Positions 41,413 through 52,307 are shown, numbered from the stretch's first letter. The stretch: DNA of 64,000 nucleotides from an uncultured Chloroflexia bacterium (GCA_963749705.1 CAVVNQ010000006.1:176650-240649), one strand, 5' to 3'. Numbers and translations are program-made. The notes: a model not told the origin generated them from the sequence alone.

Positions 41413-42303
41413 ATGGAACGGATCGGCTGGATCGGGCTCGGCCTCATGGGGAGCCGGATGCTCCCCCATCTCCTTCGGGCGGGGCATCCCGCGACCATCT
41501 ATGCGCGCAACCCTTCGTCCGCGCTGGTGTTCCTCGAGGCTGGGGCGGTTCAGGTAGAAACCCCGACGGCGGTCGCCGCAGCGTCGGACGTTGTCTTTAC
41601 GATCGTGTCGATGCCGGCAGATGTCGAGGCGGTCTACCTTGGCCCCGACGGCCTGCTCGCGGGCGCCCGGCCGGGGTCGATCCTCGTCGACATGACGACG
41701 AGCAGCCCCGAGCTCGCCCGCCAGATAGCCGCGGCCGGCGAGGCGGCCGGACTCAACGTCCTCGACGCGCCGGTCAGTGGCGGGCCCAGCGGCGCGGAAA
41801 CTGCCTCACTTTCGATCATGATCGGCGGGCGTGATGAGGTCGTTGCTCGCGTCCGGCCAATCCTCGAGCGCTTGGGGACGGCCGTGGTCCACCAGGGGCC
41901 GGCAGGGGCGGGCCAGAGCGCGAAGATCGCGAACCAGATCGCCGCCGGCGGGTCGATGCTCGGGATCTGCGAGGCCTTCCTGTTCGCGGAGGCCAGCGGC
42001 TTGGACTCGGAGGCGGTGCTCGAGACGCTTGGCGCGGGGATTGCAGGCTCCGGTCTCATGCGGTTCATATGGCCACGGATCGCGGCCGGCGATCTCGAGC
42101 CCGGCTTCCGCGTCGAGCACTTTATCAAGGACCTCGGCCTCGCCTTGGAGGCCGGCCACATGTCGACGATTGCTCTTCCAGGGACGGCACTCGTGAAGGA
42201 GCTCTACCACGCTGTGCAGGCCGCCGGGTACACCGGAAAGGGAACCCAGGCCTTGATCACTGCCATCGACCGGCATTGGGATAAGCGGGAGGATTTACCA
42301 TGA
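41413..42303 (+). CDS. Beta-hydroxyacid dehydrogenase (tartronate semialdehyde reductase/3-HIBADH family)
   Basis: GWIGLGLMG, LDAPVSGG, KIANQ, HFIKDL. Confidence 0.92.
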   Translation: MERIGWIGLGLMGSRMLPHLLRAGHPATIYARNPSSALVFLEAGAVQVETPTAVAAASDVVFTIVSMPADVEAVYLGPDGLLAGARPGSILVDMTTSSPELARQIAAAGEAAGLNVLDAPVSGGPSGAETASLSIMIGGRDEVVARVRPILERLGTAVVHQGPAGAGQSAKIANQIAAGGSMLGICEAFLFAEASGLDSEAVLETLGAGIAGSGLMRFIWPRIAAGDLEPGFRVEHFIKDLGLALEAGHMSTIALPGTALVKELYHAVQAAGYTGKGTQALITAIDRHWDKREDLP

Positions 42304-42379
42304 GTGGCGACGACGTTCTCGTGAACGACAGCGGACGACCTCGGTGGCTGCCGCGTTGTCGTATGGGCGAGGTCGGAGA

Positions 42380-43210
42380 ATGACGGGCATTGGTGGTTTT
42401 GCTGACGCGCTGATCGTGGACACTCACGTCCACGTCTGGCCGCATGGCATGGTCCATCCCTTGCAGCGAGTGCAAGTCCCGATGAAGGCAGCGCCGGCGG
42501 ACCTTGTCGCGACGCTGGATGCGGGCGGTGTCGGCGCAGCCGTCGTCTGCCCGGCGATGGTCCACCCGGACAATGGCTATGTCCTCGGGTTTGCGGGGAC
42601 CTTGCCTGAGCGGATCCTGGCGGTCGTCTTGATCGACCCGCGTGATCGCGCAGCGGTCGAATTGGTACCGCGCCATGCGGCTCAAGGCGCCGTCGGGGTT
42701 CGAGTCAATGCGCACGCCGCGCCGCTCGAAAGCGACGAGGACTTGGCTGGCTTGGACGCCATGGTCGACGCCGCGAGCGCGGCAGGGCTCGTTATCCAGT
42801 GGACGGTCCCCCTGCGTTCGGCCGGTCTCATCGAGCGAGCGGCTGCCCGCGCCCGCAATGCCCGCCAGGTACTCGATCACCTCGGCCTCCCGGTGGACGC
42901 CAGCGATCTGACCGCACTCGACCGGATCCGCGCCCTGGCGGCGATCCCCGGGCTCAACGTCAAGCTATCTGGGATGTACAACCTTTCGCGCGCTGGGTAT
43001 CCATACGCGGACACGTGGCCGTGGATTGAAGCGGTCGTGGATGCTTTCGGCCCTCAGCGAACGATGTGGGGTTCTGACTGGCCGTTCGTCGGCGAACACG
43101 GATCCTACGCTCAGCAGCTCACGCTCATCGAGCAGATGCCATTCCTCGATACGGCGGCAAGGCGGTCGATCCTGGGAGGCACGGCCATCCAGGTGTGGTC
43201 GCACCTGTGA
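42380..43210 (+). CDS. Amidohydrolase_2 family, sugar lactonase-like
   Basis: DTHVHVW, LDHLGLP, VKLSG, MWGSDWP. Confidence 0.9.
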   Translation: MTGIGGFADALIVDTHVHVWPHGMVHPLQRVQVPMKAAPADLVATLDAGGVGAAVVCPAMVHPDNGYVLGFAGTLPERILAVVLIDPRDRAAVELVPRHAAQGAVGVRVNAHAAPLESDEDLAGLDAMVDAASAAGLVIQWTVPLRSAGLIERAAARARNARQVLDHLGLPVDASDLTALDRIRALAAIPGLNVKLSGMYNLSRAGYPYADTWPWIEAVVDAFGPQRTMWGSDWPFVGEHGSYAQQLTLIEQMPFLDTAARRSILGGTAIQVWSHL

Positions 43211-43375
43211 CGCGGCACTGCCGCAGGCATCTGTGGGTACGCCCTGGTGTTGTCTGTGCCGCGAATGGGGGACATCGTTGCCTGTTTTCCGCTGTGGAGA
43301 CTACAACGCGGGCTTGCTGACTGCGATGGCGGTCGGAGGGCGGCACGCGAATCTCGAGAGTTGAGGTGCCTCAAG

Positions 43376-44212
43376 GTGACGACTCAGTCGGCGTCAAAGC
43401 TCATCGCGACACTCGAGTCCATTGTCGAAGCGCCGGGGACAATCACGGAGGTCGCGGAGCGCCTCGGTGTCCACAAGTCCAGCGCGCTCCGATACCTCCG
43501 ATTGCTGGAGGAGCACGACTGGGCTCGACGCGATGCGAGGGGGGTATACCACGGTGGTAGCCGGATCATCGAGCTCGGCCAGGCAAGCCTTGATGCGATC
43601 GACTTGCGGGTCCTCGCCCATGACACGCTTGCAGCGTTGAACCACACAACCAAACAGACCATCCACCTGGCGGTGCTCGAGGGCTCAAGGGTCGTCTACG
43701 TCGACAAGCACGAGGCGGACAACCCAATCCGGATGTTCTCTCGGATCGGGAGCGCGGCCGTACTACACGGTACCGGCGTCGGCAAGGCAGTTCTCGCATG
43801 GAGTGACTCCGTGACCGTCGATCGTCTCTGCCGGTCGATCGAGTACATCAGGTATACGGAGAACACGCACACGACGTGGGAGAGTCTCGCTGCCGACCTG
43901 GAGGCTTCCCGCGCCCGCGGCTACGCGATCGACGACCGTGAGCACGAGGAATACATCCACTGTATCGCGGCGCCGATTCGCGACGGCCGAGGCAGCACGA
44001 TCGGAGCGATCTCCATCACCGCCGTCTCACTACTGCCACTGGCGGAACTTGAGGCGTTTGCTCCAGACCTGCTGAAGGCCGCCGCGAAGATCGGTGCGGG
44101 TCTTGGGTGGCGAGGAGAGCCAGTCGATGTCCCTAAGCCGATCCCGGCGACGGTGATTCCGGACGATGGCGTTCTCCCTGCCCCCGCGGGCGTCGCCATC
44201 AGGGGCGCCTAG
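43376..44212 (+). CDS. IclR-family transcriptional regulator
   Basis: VHKSSALRYL HTH, HGTGVGKA, CIAAPI. Confidence 0.9.
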   Translation: MTTQSASKLIATLESIVEAPGTITEVAERLGVHKSSALRYLRLLEEHDWARRDARGVYHGGSRIIELGQASLDAIDLRVLAHDTLAALNHTTKQTIHLAVLEGSRVVYVDKHEADNPIRMFSRIGSAAVLHGTGVGKAVLAWSDSVTVDRLCRSIEYIRYTENTHTTWESLAADLEASRARGYAIDDREHEEYIHCIAAPIRDGRGSTIGAISITAVSLLPLAELEAFAPDLLKAAAKIGAGLGWRGEPVDVPKPIPATVIPDDGVLPAPAGVAIRGA

Positions 44213-44289
44213 CTGTCGTTCTCGTTCACATCGTTGACAACGTGAGAGCCCTCGTGCTCGGTTTGGGGCCCGCTGTCACACGGGTCTGG

Positions 44290-44621
44290 GGACACGACCG
44301 CGCCAGGTGGTCCGGCGCCTTCGGACGTGGTGGACGTTCGACTGGCGGCCGGCCACTGTGCTCCACGATCCGCCGGACGGTCTTGGGGGTCGTCCCGCAC
44401 AGGCCGGCGGCAGCCCGATGGCTTCCGAGCTCGCGGTAGGCGGACGTGATGTCCAGCTGGTTCCGCGCAGACCACACCGTCGGCGTCCCTCAGGTCTGCC
44501 GGTGATGGGTTCTGAGCAACCGCATCGTGGCAGTCCCCGGGGGCTCCCGGATGGCGCAGCTCAATCGAGCGGTGGGGGAATTCCCGTGGCCGCCAGCGGG
44601 ACCTTCTCATGGCCGCGGGCA
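44290..44621 (-). mobile_element. istA: IS21-family left end with IstA N-terminal stub
   Basis: SARNQLDITSAYRELGSHRAAAGLCGTTPKTVRRIV; end starts TG with repeated GCGGCCA boxes. Confidence 0.75.
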
Positions 44622-44757
44622 CTCGTCGGCATCGATGTCCTGACCGCGTCCAGAGTGTTGACCGCCCCTGGGCGTGTTCATGCTGATACGTATAGTCGAC
44701 AGGAATCCGATGACCGTTTGGGGTGACGCTGGACAGGTAAGGCTCACAGGAGGACGT

Positions 44758-47292
44758 ATGGAGTATTCGTTCGCGCCAGTGAAAGCATCCGCCCTGATCT
44801 CGGCGCCTCGCCTGGAACCGCATCCCGCCGTCGCCTTGCACCCAGGCATCGACGGAGCTGCCAAGGCCCTTCCCGCCGGTGACCAGACGCTGTGGGGGAT
44901 CCCGTTCGAGTTTGCTTCCGAGGCAGCGACCCCGCGACAGCGCTGGCTCTCTCTACCAACGCTGCCCCGCGCCGATGTCGCCATCGATCATGCCCTTGCG
45001 GACTGGGTCGTCTTCGCCCACTTTTCGACAGAGCCGCATGCGACGAACGGTGAAGCTCCAGGTCCGGGAATCCTCAACCCCGGCGCTCGCCTCGCCACCT
45101 ACTCGCTGGTCTATGCGGACACGGTCGAGCGGAGCGTGCCGATCCGCCGACGCTTCGAGATCAATGACGTCGTCATTGGCTGGGGCCAGTCCGCGTTCGC
45201 GAGTCTTCCCCATCGCGATTTCCGACCCGGCGAGTGGCGCGGTCCGCACGCCGCGGGCGAGTGGGCCCTCGATCAGACGGGCGTCCATGGTGGGGACTAC
45301 GCCGGCGTGGCACGTGGCCAGCCGACGTTTCCTCCGTTCGGCAACTACTGGCTGTTCGCGCTTAGGAACCCGAGGCCGCGCGTGCCGCTCACCGGTCTAC
45401 GCCTCGAGGCGGCCACCTCGGACTGGATCGCCATCGGGGCTATCACCCTGATCCGGTCAGCAGCGCACCCGCTTCGGCGTGCCCGCCTCCTGAGCCTCGT
45501 GGTCGAGTCGGATGCCTCGGATCCCCCGCCGGCGGTCGAAGTCGATCTTGGCGAGGTCGCGCGCACACTGGATCGCCAACCCACGGATCGGACGTCATGG
45601 CTGCGCTCCGCGGTCATCGGGTGGGGAGACGAGCTCGGACAGGGGCCGCGCACCGACCGCATCGTCCAGGTCGCGGCTGCTGAGGCTGGAGCCGTCACGG
45701 TTGCCGGGGCGAGCGTATCGATCGCTGAACTGGCGCGGCGGCGACACACACGGCTATCAAACGGCATCTGGATCGACACGCTCCCCGAGCCATCGCAACT
45801 CGTCTCCTTCGAGATTCGCGATGCAGAAACCGGCGCCCTGACGCCGTCGCGAGTCCACGTTCGGACCAGTCAAGGCATGTACCTGCCTCCGGTCGGTCAC
45901 CGACAGGAGGTGAATGACCGTTGGTTCGAAGACTTCGGCGCAGATCTCAAGCTTGGTCAGACGCAGTACGCGTACGTGCCAGGCTCGTTTCAGATCCGCC
46001 TTCCGGCCGGCGACGTCTTCCTCGAGGTGGTCAAGGGCTTCGAATATGAGCCGGTCCGGCTGGTGGTGAGGGCCGGGGCCATCTCCGCCGGCCCGGTGGT
46101 CGTCCACCTGAAACGAACGGATGACGTTCGTCGACAGGGTTGGATTGCGGCCGACACCCATGTGCACTTCCTCTCGCCTGAGACGGCGTGGCTGGAAGGT
46201 CAGGCAGAGGGCCTGAGCATCGTGAACCTGCTTGCCGCTCAGTGGGGCGACCTGTACACCAATGTCGGTGACGTCACCGGCGAGTTGTCGCCTGTCAGTC
46301 GAGACGACACGCTTGTATGGGTTGGGACCGAAAACCGCCAGCACATCCTGGGGCACCTGTCGCTGCTCGGAACGAACGGGAGGATCACGGCTCCACTCAG
46401 TTCGGCCGGCCCGGACGAGTCGTACCTAGGAGACGCGGCCTGGACCAGCCTCTCGGACTGGGCGGATGACAGTCGAGGGCGTGGCGGCCTGGCCGTCATC
46501 CCACATTTCCCAAACCCGTACTGCGAGGCGGTCGCCGACGTCGCCCTCGGACGAGTTGACGCCCTGGAGATCCGCGACTTCTGGTCGGGTGTCGACACCA
46601 ACGCCACGCGCGAGTGGTATCGCCTGCTCAACTGCGGCCTGCGCGTTCCCATCGTCGGTGGTACCGACAAGATGAGTGCCGGCATGCCCATCGGGGGTTT
46701 GCGGACATACGCGCAGGTGGGCGCCGGCCCGACTTCCTGGGAGAGCTGGACCGACGCCGTGCGGGCCGGTCGAACGTCCACCTCCAGCGGGCCGTTCATA
46801 AACCTGTCAGTGGAGGGCCGCGGACTCGGCGACGAGATCGCGATCGGACGGGGAGCGAGCATTGACGTGCATGCGACGGCTCGCTGCATGGCACCCCTCG
46901 ACCGCCTGGAGCTCGTCTACAACGGGAAGGTGGTCGAGGCGACCACCGAGCCCCGCGGCAATCGGTTCCTGGAACTCAAGACGACGATCCGGGTCTCGCG
47001 CGGTGGCTGGATCGCTGCGCGCGCGTCGAGCCCATTCGTCGCCCAGCATGCGTGGCCGGTCCAGATGGCCGCCCACACGTCGCCCATCTACCTTGTTGGC
47101 GATCGTCGCGTCGCAGCGCGCGAGGACATCGCCTATCTCCGAACGATCGTCGCCGGCGGCCTCACTTGGCTGGACACCTTGGCGACAAGAGGTGATCGCT
47201 CGTCCCAGCGCCGGATCAGAACGGTCTTCACGTCCGCCGACCGCGAACTCCGCGACCTTGCCCGCCGAAACACATCGCGCGCCGGCGAATGA
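44758..47292 (+). CDS. CehA/McbA-family PHP-like metallohydrolase
   Basis: ADTHVHFL, GTENRQH, PHFPNP, WYRLLNCG, GGTDKM, AHTSPIY; AGGAGG RBS. Confidence 0.82.
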   Translation: MEYSFAPVKASALISAPRLEPHPAVALHPGIDGAAKALPAGDQTLWGIPFEFASEAATPRQRWLSLPTLPRADVAIDHALADWVVFAHFSTEPHATNGEAPGPGILNPGARLATYSLVYADTVERSVPIRRRFEINDVVIGWGQSAFASLPHRDFRPGEWRGPHAAGEWALDQTGVHGGDYAGVARGQPTFPPFGNYWLFALRNPRPRVPLTGLRLEAATSDWIAIGAITLIRSAAHPLRRARLLSLVVESDASDPPPAVEVDLGEVARTLDRQPTDRTSWLRSAVIGWGDELGQGPRTDRIVQVAAAEAGAVTVAGASVSIAELARRRHTRLSNGIWIDTLPEPSQLVSFEIRDAETGALTPSRVHVRTSQGMYLPPVGHRQEVNDRWFEDFGADLKLGQTQYAYVPGSFQIRLPAGDVFLEVVKGFEYEPVRLVVRAGAISAGPVVVHLKRTDDVRRQGWIAADTHVHFLSPETAWLEGQAEGLSIVNLLAAQWGDLYTNVGDVTGELSPVSRDDTLVWVGTENRQHILGHLSLLGTNGRITAPLSSAGPDESYLGDAAWTSLSDWADDSRGRGGLAVIPHFPNPYCEAVADVALGRVDALEIRDFWSGVDTNATREWYRLLNCGLRVPIVGGTDKMSAGMPIGGLRTYAQVGAGPTSWESWTDAVRAGRTSTSSGPFINLSVEGRGLGDEIAIGRGASIDVHATARCMAPLDRLELVYNGKVVEATTEPRGNRFLELKTTIRVSRGGWIAARASSPFVAQHAWPVQMAAHTSPIYLVGDRRVAAREDIAYLRTIVAGGLTWLDTLATRGDRSSQRRIRTVFTSADRELRDLARRNTSRAGE

Positions 47293-47651
47293 TCGCCGAA
47301 TGAGTATTGATCACCGCGCGCGAGCTCAGCGTCGGGGCCGACGCTCGAATAACGAGCGAACAAGGGTCCGGCCCTGTTGATGGCGAGCTGAGCGATCAGC
47401 CGCGAGCATGACGGGCTGTTACACCGGTATTGGGCTTGAACCCTGGCGCCTTCGGGTAAGTGGACCACGTCCGCGCTGCGACGCGACGCGACTCGGATGG
47501 AGAGGGCGTCGCCAATCAAGGATCGACGGTGGGCGTCGCTCGCACAACAGCCGACAAGAGACGACAATCATGGGGACGGCGGGCCGGCCTGGGCGCCCGA
47601 GCATCCAAGCACCACCGGCCTACCCCTATCGTGACGAGGGTCGAAAGCAAC

Positions 47652-48578
47652 ATGGAAACAACGACGAAGCCGATCGACTGGAATGGGATCTACCCGGCCG
47701 CCCTGACGATGTTTGACGAGGCCGGTCGATTCGACGAGAGCGCCACAGCAGCTCACCTCGATCGCCTCGTCCGAGATGGCGCCCACGGGGTCATTGCAGG
47801 GGGTACAAGCGGCGAGTTCATCGGCCTCTCTGACAGCGAGCGCCGACGCCTCATTGACCTCGCCGTCCAGGCCGTTGGGGGCCGTGTGCCGGTCGTCGTC
47901 GGGACGGGCTGGTACTCAACCTCCGAGACGATCCGCCTCACCGAATACGCCGCGGCCGCGGGGGCGGACGGAGCGATCGTCATCCTGCCGTACTACCAGC
48001 GACCGAGCGAGACCGAGGTGCTCGAGCACTTCCGGATCGTCGGTCGGGCATCGCCCATTCCGATCATGGTCTACAACAACCCGACCAACTCGAGCGCCCC
48101 GGCTCTCGAGCCCGCACAGCTCCGCGAGCTCTACGAGAGCGGGTACGCCCAGGCAGTGAAGAGCACGTTCTCGACTGTCCACGAGATCCACGAGCTGCGC
48201 GCGATGACCGACGAGGGATTTCGCGTCTTCTACGGAAGCTACATGGCCCCGCTCGAGGCCATGGCAGGCGGAGCGCACGGCTGGGTGAGTGGGATCCTCA
48301 ACGTCATCATGTCAGACGCGGTCGAGCTCTGGACGGCGATGCGGGCGGGCGACCTGGACCGCGCACGCGCGGCATGGCGCGCGATCCTGCCGGTCAAGCT
48401 GATCTACACGCGCCAGCTGGTGGGTCCGGTCAGCAGCCTCGCGATCTACAGAGGAATCCTGCGGTTGCGCGGTCAGGTTGCGGGTCATTGCCGGGCCCCG
48501 CTGCTCGACCTGACCCCGGGGCAGACCGAAACACTCCGGTCGTTGCTTGCGGCGTTGCCCGCGGAGGATGAACTCTAG
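47652..48578 (+). CDS. DHDPS/NAL-family aldolase or dehydratase
   Basis: GGTSGE, PYY, MVYNNP, AVKST Schiff-base Lys. Confidence 0.9.
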   Translation: METTTKPIDWNGIYPAALTMFDEAGRFDESATAAHLDRLVRDGAHGVIAGGTSGEFIGLSDSERRRLIDLAVQAVGGRVPVVVGTGWYSTSETIRLTEYAAAAGADGAIVILPYYQRPSETEVLEHFRIVGRASPIPIMVYNNPTNSSAPALEPAQLRELYESGYAQAVKSTFSTVHEIHELRAMTDEGFRVFYGSYMAPLEAMAGGAHGWVSGILNVIMSDAVELWTAMRAGDLDRARAAWRAILPVKLIYTRQLVGPVSSLAIYRGILRLRGQVAGHCRAPLLDLTPGQTETLRSLLAALPAEDEL

Positions 48579-48868
48579 TTCGCTTGGGCTGGCCTCGCGA
48601 TCCGCTGGGCTGAACGGTACCTCCGCTCGTTCTCCCCGGGCCTGAGTTCATCGAGGCCGCCCGGCGTGTCCGGCGCGAGGCAGTCAGTTGGCCTCAGGCG
48701 TCACCTCGCCCGACGTCGTCCACCCGAGGTGCTCTCGATTACAGCCGCGACGCCTCTCAGGGCGTGGTGGGAATGATCAGGCCCAGCGTGACGAGACAAG
48801 GGCTCCTGTCCTGGGACTTGACCTAGACTTGGGTGGACGAGGCCCCTTGGAATAGGCGGTGTATTCGG

Positions 48869-49879
48869 ATGACGGTCTTCTCGTATCCACCTCGATGGAT
48901 CGATGCCCATACTCACATCTTCTCTGGGGACGAGCGCGTGCTTGAGCTGCTCGAACGAGCCCACGTGAAGATCAATCTGATCTGTATGGGCTTTGGCGAC
49001 GACGAGGAGCTGGAGCGACAACATTCGCTCGCCTCGAGTTTGGCCGGGAACGCTCGCCTCCGATACGGCTGGACCGCAGGCTGGCCGTGGGCTCGGCTAG
49101 AAACGCCCGAGTACGGTTCCGCGGCGACGGCGATCCTGAAGGACGCGCACGAGAAACGGGCGGTGGGCGTCAAGGTCTGGAAGGACATAGGCCTGGCGGC
49201 ACGTCGCCGCGATGGGCAGTGGGTTCAGATCGACGATCCGGTATTTCAGCCACTTCTCGACGAGCTCATTCGGAATGGGACCCCCTTGGTGGCGCACCTG
49301 GGCGAACCACTTGCCGCGTGGCTCCCGCTCCAGCCCGACGATCCGAACTTCGAGTACTACCGCTCGCATCCAGAGTGGCACTTGTACTCGCGCTCCGTTC
49401 CATCCCACGCTGAGATACTGGCCGCCCGAGATCGGATGATCGCCCGCAATCCCGCTCTGACGGTCGTGGCCTGCCACTTCGCGAGCATGGATCATGACCT
49501 CGTCGCACTTGGCGCACTGCTCGATCGGTACCCACAGCTCGCAATCGACACCGCCGAACGGCTGGAGCAGATGATGCTTCTGGACCGAGACGACGTGCGT
49601 TCGTTCTTCATCCGCTACCAGGACCGGATTCTCTACGGGTCAGACTTGGACTTCAACATGTTCGACGACGACCGGACGGACGTTGACGCCCTTGTCGAGC
49701 GGGCCGAGCAGGTCTGGCAGTCCGAGCTGACGTGGCTCCGGTCGTCAGAGTCCGTGGTGACACGTCATGGCTCAGGGCCCGGTCTTGCCCTGCCGGACGT
49801 GGTCCTCGAGAAGATCCTGATATCCAATGCCGAGCGGTGGCTCCCACGCCTCGCAAAGTCCTTCGAGCTCCAGCCATGA
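48869..49879 (+). CDS. Amidohydrolase_2 family protein
   Basis: IDAHTH, GVKVWKDIG, AHLGEP, YQDRILYGSD. Confidence 0.88.
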   Translation: MTVFSYPPRWIDAHTHIFSGDERVLELLERAHVKINLICMGFGDDEELERQHSLASSLAGNARLRYGWTAGWPWARLETPEYGSAATAILKDAHEKRAVGVKVWKDIGLAARRRDGQWVQIDDPVFQPLLDELIRNGTPLVAHLGEPLAAWLPLQPDDPNFEYYRSHPEWHLYSRSVPSHAEILAARDRMIARNPALTVVACHFASMDHDLVALGALLDRYPQLAIDTAERLEQMMLLDRDDVRSFFIRYQDRILYGSDLDFNMFDDDRTDVDALVERAEQVWQSELTWLRSSESVVTRHGSGPGLALPDVVLEKILISNAERWLPRLAKSFELQP

Positions 49880-50010
49880 AACCATCTGCACGCGCGCGCT
49901 CGCCCGGAGGCAGGTCCGGGTGCCCTCTACCTCGCTTCCGATGCCACAGCGTTCGCGACCGGGACCAACCTCGGCGTCGATGGTGGGTACTCGATCCGGC
50001 AAACATATGA
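49876..50010 (+). pseudogene. SDR C-terminal remnant
   Basis: PGALYLASDATAFATGTNLGVDGGYSI read directly from ~49916-49997. Confidence 0.6.
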
Positions 50011-50041
50011 GCGGTGTTCGAGGGGACGTGGAGGAGTTCAC

Positions 50042-50980
50042 ATGACAGACATCAAGATCGGCGCCCTGTGCTGGAACCAGTACACCGAATGGCCCGCGCT
50101 GCTCCACGCCGGTATCCGCGCCGACGAGCTCGGCTACGACACTTTGTGGACGTGGGACCACGTGTACCCGATCGTGGGCGACTCGCACGGGCCGAACTAC
50201 GAGGGCTGGCTGACCATCACCGCGTGGGCGCAGGCGACGACACGCGTCCGCATCGGGCTGATGGTCGGCGCCAACACGTTCCGGGCGCCGACGCTGACCG
50301 CGAAGATGGCGACGACGCTCGATCACATCTCGGGTGGCCGGGCGATCCTGGGTGTCGGCGGCGCGTGGTTCGAGGAGGAGCACGAGGACTTCGGGCTCGA
50401 GTTCGGGTCCGGCTTTCCCGAGCGGCTGCGGTGGCTGGGCGACGCGCTGCCGGTGATGCGCGGCATGCTCGACGGCACCGAGCCCACGGCGAGCGGCGAG
50501 CATTACCACTCGAAGGACACCCGCAACCTGCCGGCCCCGATCCAGGCCCATCTGCCGATCTGCATCGGGGGTGGTGGTGAGAAGGTGACCCTCAAGCTGG
50601 TCGCGAAGTACGCCGACATGAACAATCTCGTCGGAACCCTCGACCTGGTTCGCCGGAAGGAGGAGATCCTCGTCCAGCACTGCGAGACCGTCGGCCGCGA
50701 TCCAGCGGAGATCGAGCGGACGGCCAGCGTCGGCACGATGTTCATCCGCGACGATCGCGCCGAGGCAGAACGGCTCTTCCACGAGGCATTCGACCGGAAC
50801 CGTGTCGCCAACCACTGGACGGAACAGCCAGTGGGCACGCCGGAGGACGTGGCCGAGAAGCTCGCGCCGTACCTCGATCTCGGCTATCGGCACCTCATCA
50901 CCGGCTTCCCGGCCAACTACGACGAGGAGTCGATGACCCGGTTTGCGACCGACGTCAAGCCGCTACTCGAGAAGGGCTGA
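50042..50980 (+). CDS. LLM-class (F420-type) oxidoreductase
   Basis: LWTWDH, AKMATTLDHISGGRAILGVG, IGGGGEKVTL. Confidence 0.92.
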   Translation: MTDIKIGALCWNQYTEWPALLHAGIRADELGYDTLWTWDHVYPIVGDSHGPNYEGWLTITAWAQATTRVRIGLMVGANTFRAPTLTAKMATTLDHISGGRAILGVGGAWFEEEHEDFGLEFGSGFPERLRWLGDALPVMRGMLDGTEPTASGEHYHSKDTRNLPAPIQAHLPICIGGGGEKVTLKLVAKYADMNNLVGTLDLVRRKEEILVQHCETVGRDPAEIERTASVGTMFIRDDRAEAERLFHEAFDRNRVANHWTEQPVGTPEDVAEKLAPYLDLGYRHLITGFPANYDEESMTRFATDVKPLLEKG

Positions 50981-51047
50981 GCTGGGCGGTTGCCCGCGTG
51001 GCCGTGCAGCGCAGCACAACAGAGGACAGCCGAGTGCGCGTATTCAT

Positions 51048-51120
51048 CGCGTGGGAATCGGAAACCCGGATTCGATCACGCGGCGGCGCCGTAGTACTCG
51101 TGGATCAGCCCACCGAAGGA
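51048..51120 (-). mobile_element. 3' tip of integrase-core (rve) transposase element, copy A
   Basis: Minus strand encodes GLIHEYYGAAA* followed by CGAATCCGGGTTTC...CCCACGCG. Confidence 0.65.
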
Positions 51121-51213
51121 CGCCGTGCGAGAGGGCGACCACGATCGCCCGACCACTCGCCAGATCGAACAGCCGGCCGGCGCGGATTCGCCGGCCAGTC
51201 CGCGCGTGCACGG

Positions 51214-52290
51214 TCAGACGCCCACGATGTGTGTGAGGCCCTGGCTGTGGTAGCGCTCGGTCCAGGACGGCCGGTCGGGGGTGGCGCCGCGGAGGCGGGC
51301 CAGGACGTACGCCAAGAGCGCGACCGGAGGGACCAATGTGAGCGGGGCGAAGCGCTCGTCGACCGCGGCGGGAACCGCCAGCAGGTGCGAACCCTCGACG
51401 GCCCGGCTGGGGGCGACCTCGATGACCTGGGCGCCCCACTCGCGGCAGTGGCGGACGACATCGTCGGTCGCGGCCCGCGCCGCCCCGTCGGGGGCGAGGG
51501 AGACGACGACCGTCGAGGCGCCGACCATCGTCGCTGGTCCCGACGCCATCTCCCAGGTCTCGGAGGCCTCGGCATGGACGAGGGCCATCTCCTTGAGCTT
51601 GAGCGCGGCCTCGAGAGCGGCCGGGTGGGCGAGCCCGCCGCCGACGACGAACAGGTGCTCGGCATCAGCGAGCTCGGCGGCGAGGTCCTCCACGAGCGGC
51701 CAGGCGTCGGCGATCGCACGCTCGGCGTGATCGGCAGCTAGGCTGAGACCCCTTGTCACCTCGGCCAGCGGTCCGTCGCCGAGGATGGCCGCGAGGGTCA
51801 GGATCGTCGCCGCCAGCGTCGAGGAGAAGGTCTTGGTCATGACCGGCGCGCCGCTCGGGCCACCGCCGGAGAGGATGAGATGATCGGAGATCCCGGTCAG
51901 GGTGGAGCCCGACACGTGGACGATCCCCACCGTCGGGATCCGTCCGCGGACCTCCTCGAAGACTCCGACGACGTCCCGAAACTCGCCCGACGCCGAGATG
52001 CCGACGATCACGTCACCGGGACCAAGGCGCGGCCGGAAGGTCCGGAAGTCGCCGGCGGTGACCGGGATCGCGATGGGATCGTCCGGTCCCGCGAGTCGCC
52101 GGGCCAGGCCCGCGGCATGGAGGCTGGAGTGATACGAGGTCCCGTTGCCGATCACCCAGATGCGGCGGATCTGCCGCACCCGCAGGGCTCCGGCGACTTC
52201 CCTGGCGCCAGCCTCGGCGCCCGCGACCGTCGCCCGGATCGCGGCGGGCCCTTCCAGGATCTCGCTGGGGACGACCCCTTCGATTGACAT
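51214..52290 (-). CDS. SIS-domain sugar isomerase/deaminase (GlmS C-terminal/AgaS-like)
   Basis: GNGTSYH, ISASGE, MTKTFS, EAALKLKE. Confidence 0.88.
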   Translation of the reverse strand: MSIEGVVPSEILEGPAAIRATVAGAEAGAREVAGALRVRQIRRIWVIGNGTSYHSSLHAAGLARRLAGPDDPIAIPVTAGDFRTFRPRLGPGDVIVGISASGEFRDVVGVFEEVRGRIPTVGIVHVSGSTLTGISDHLILSGGGPSGAPVMTKTFSSTLAATILTLAAILGDGPLAEVTRGLSLAADHAERAIADAWPLVEDLAAELADAEHLFVVGGGLAHPAALEAALKLKEMALVHAEASETWEMASGPATMVGASTVVVSLAPDGAARAATDDVVRHCREWGAQVIEVAPSRAVEGSHLLAVPAAVDERFAPLTLVPPVALLAYVLARLRGATPDRPSWTERYHSQGLTHIVGV

Positions 52291-52307
52291 GGTTCCTCCT
52301 GCAGCCC

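Noticed and set aside
47652-48578. dapA (lysine biosynthesis)
   Set aside because: GTSGE/KST variants and catabolic context suggest a different DHDPS-family lyase.
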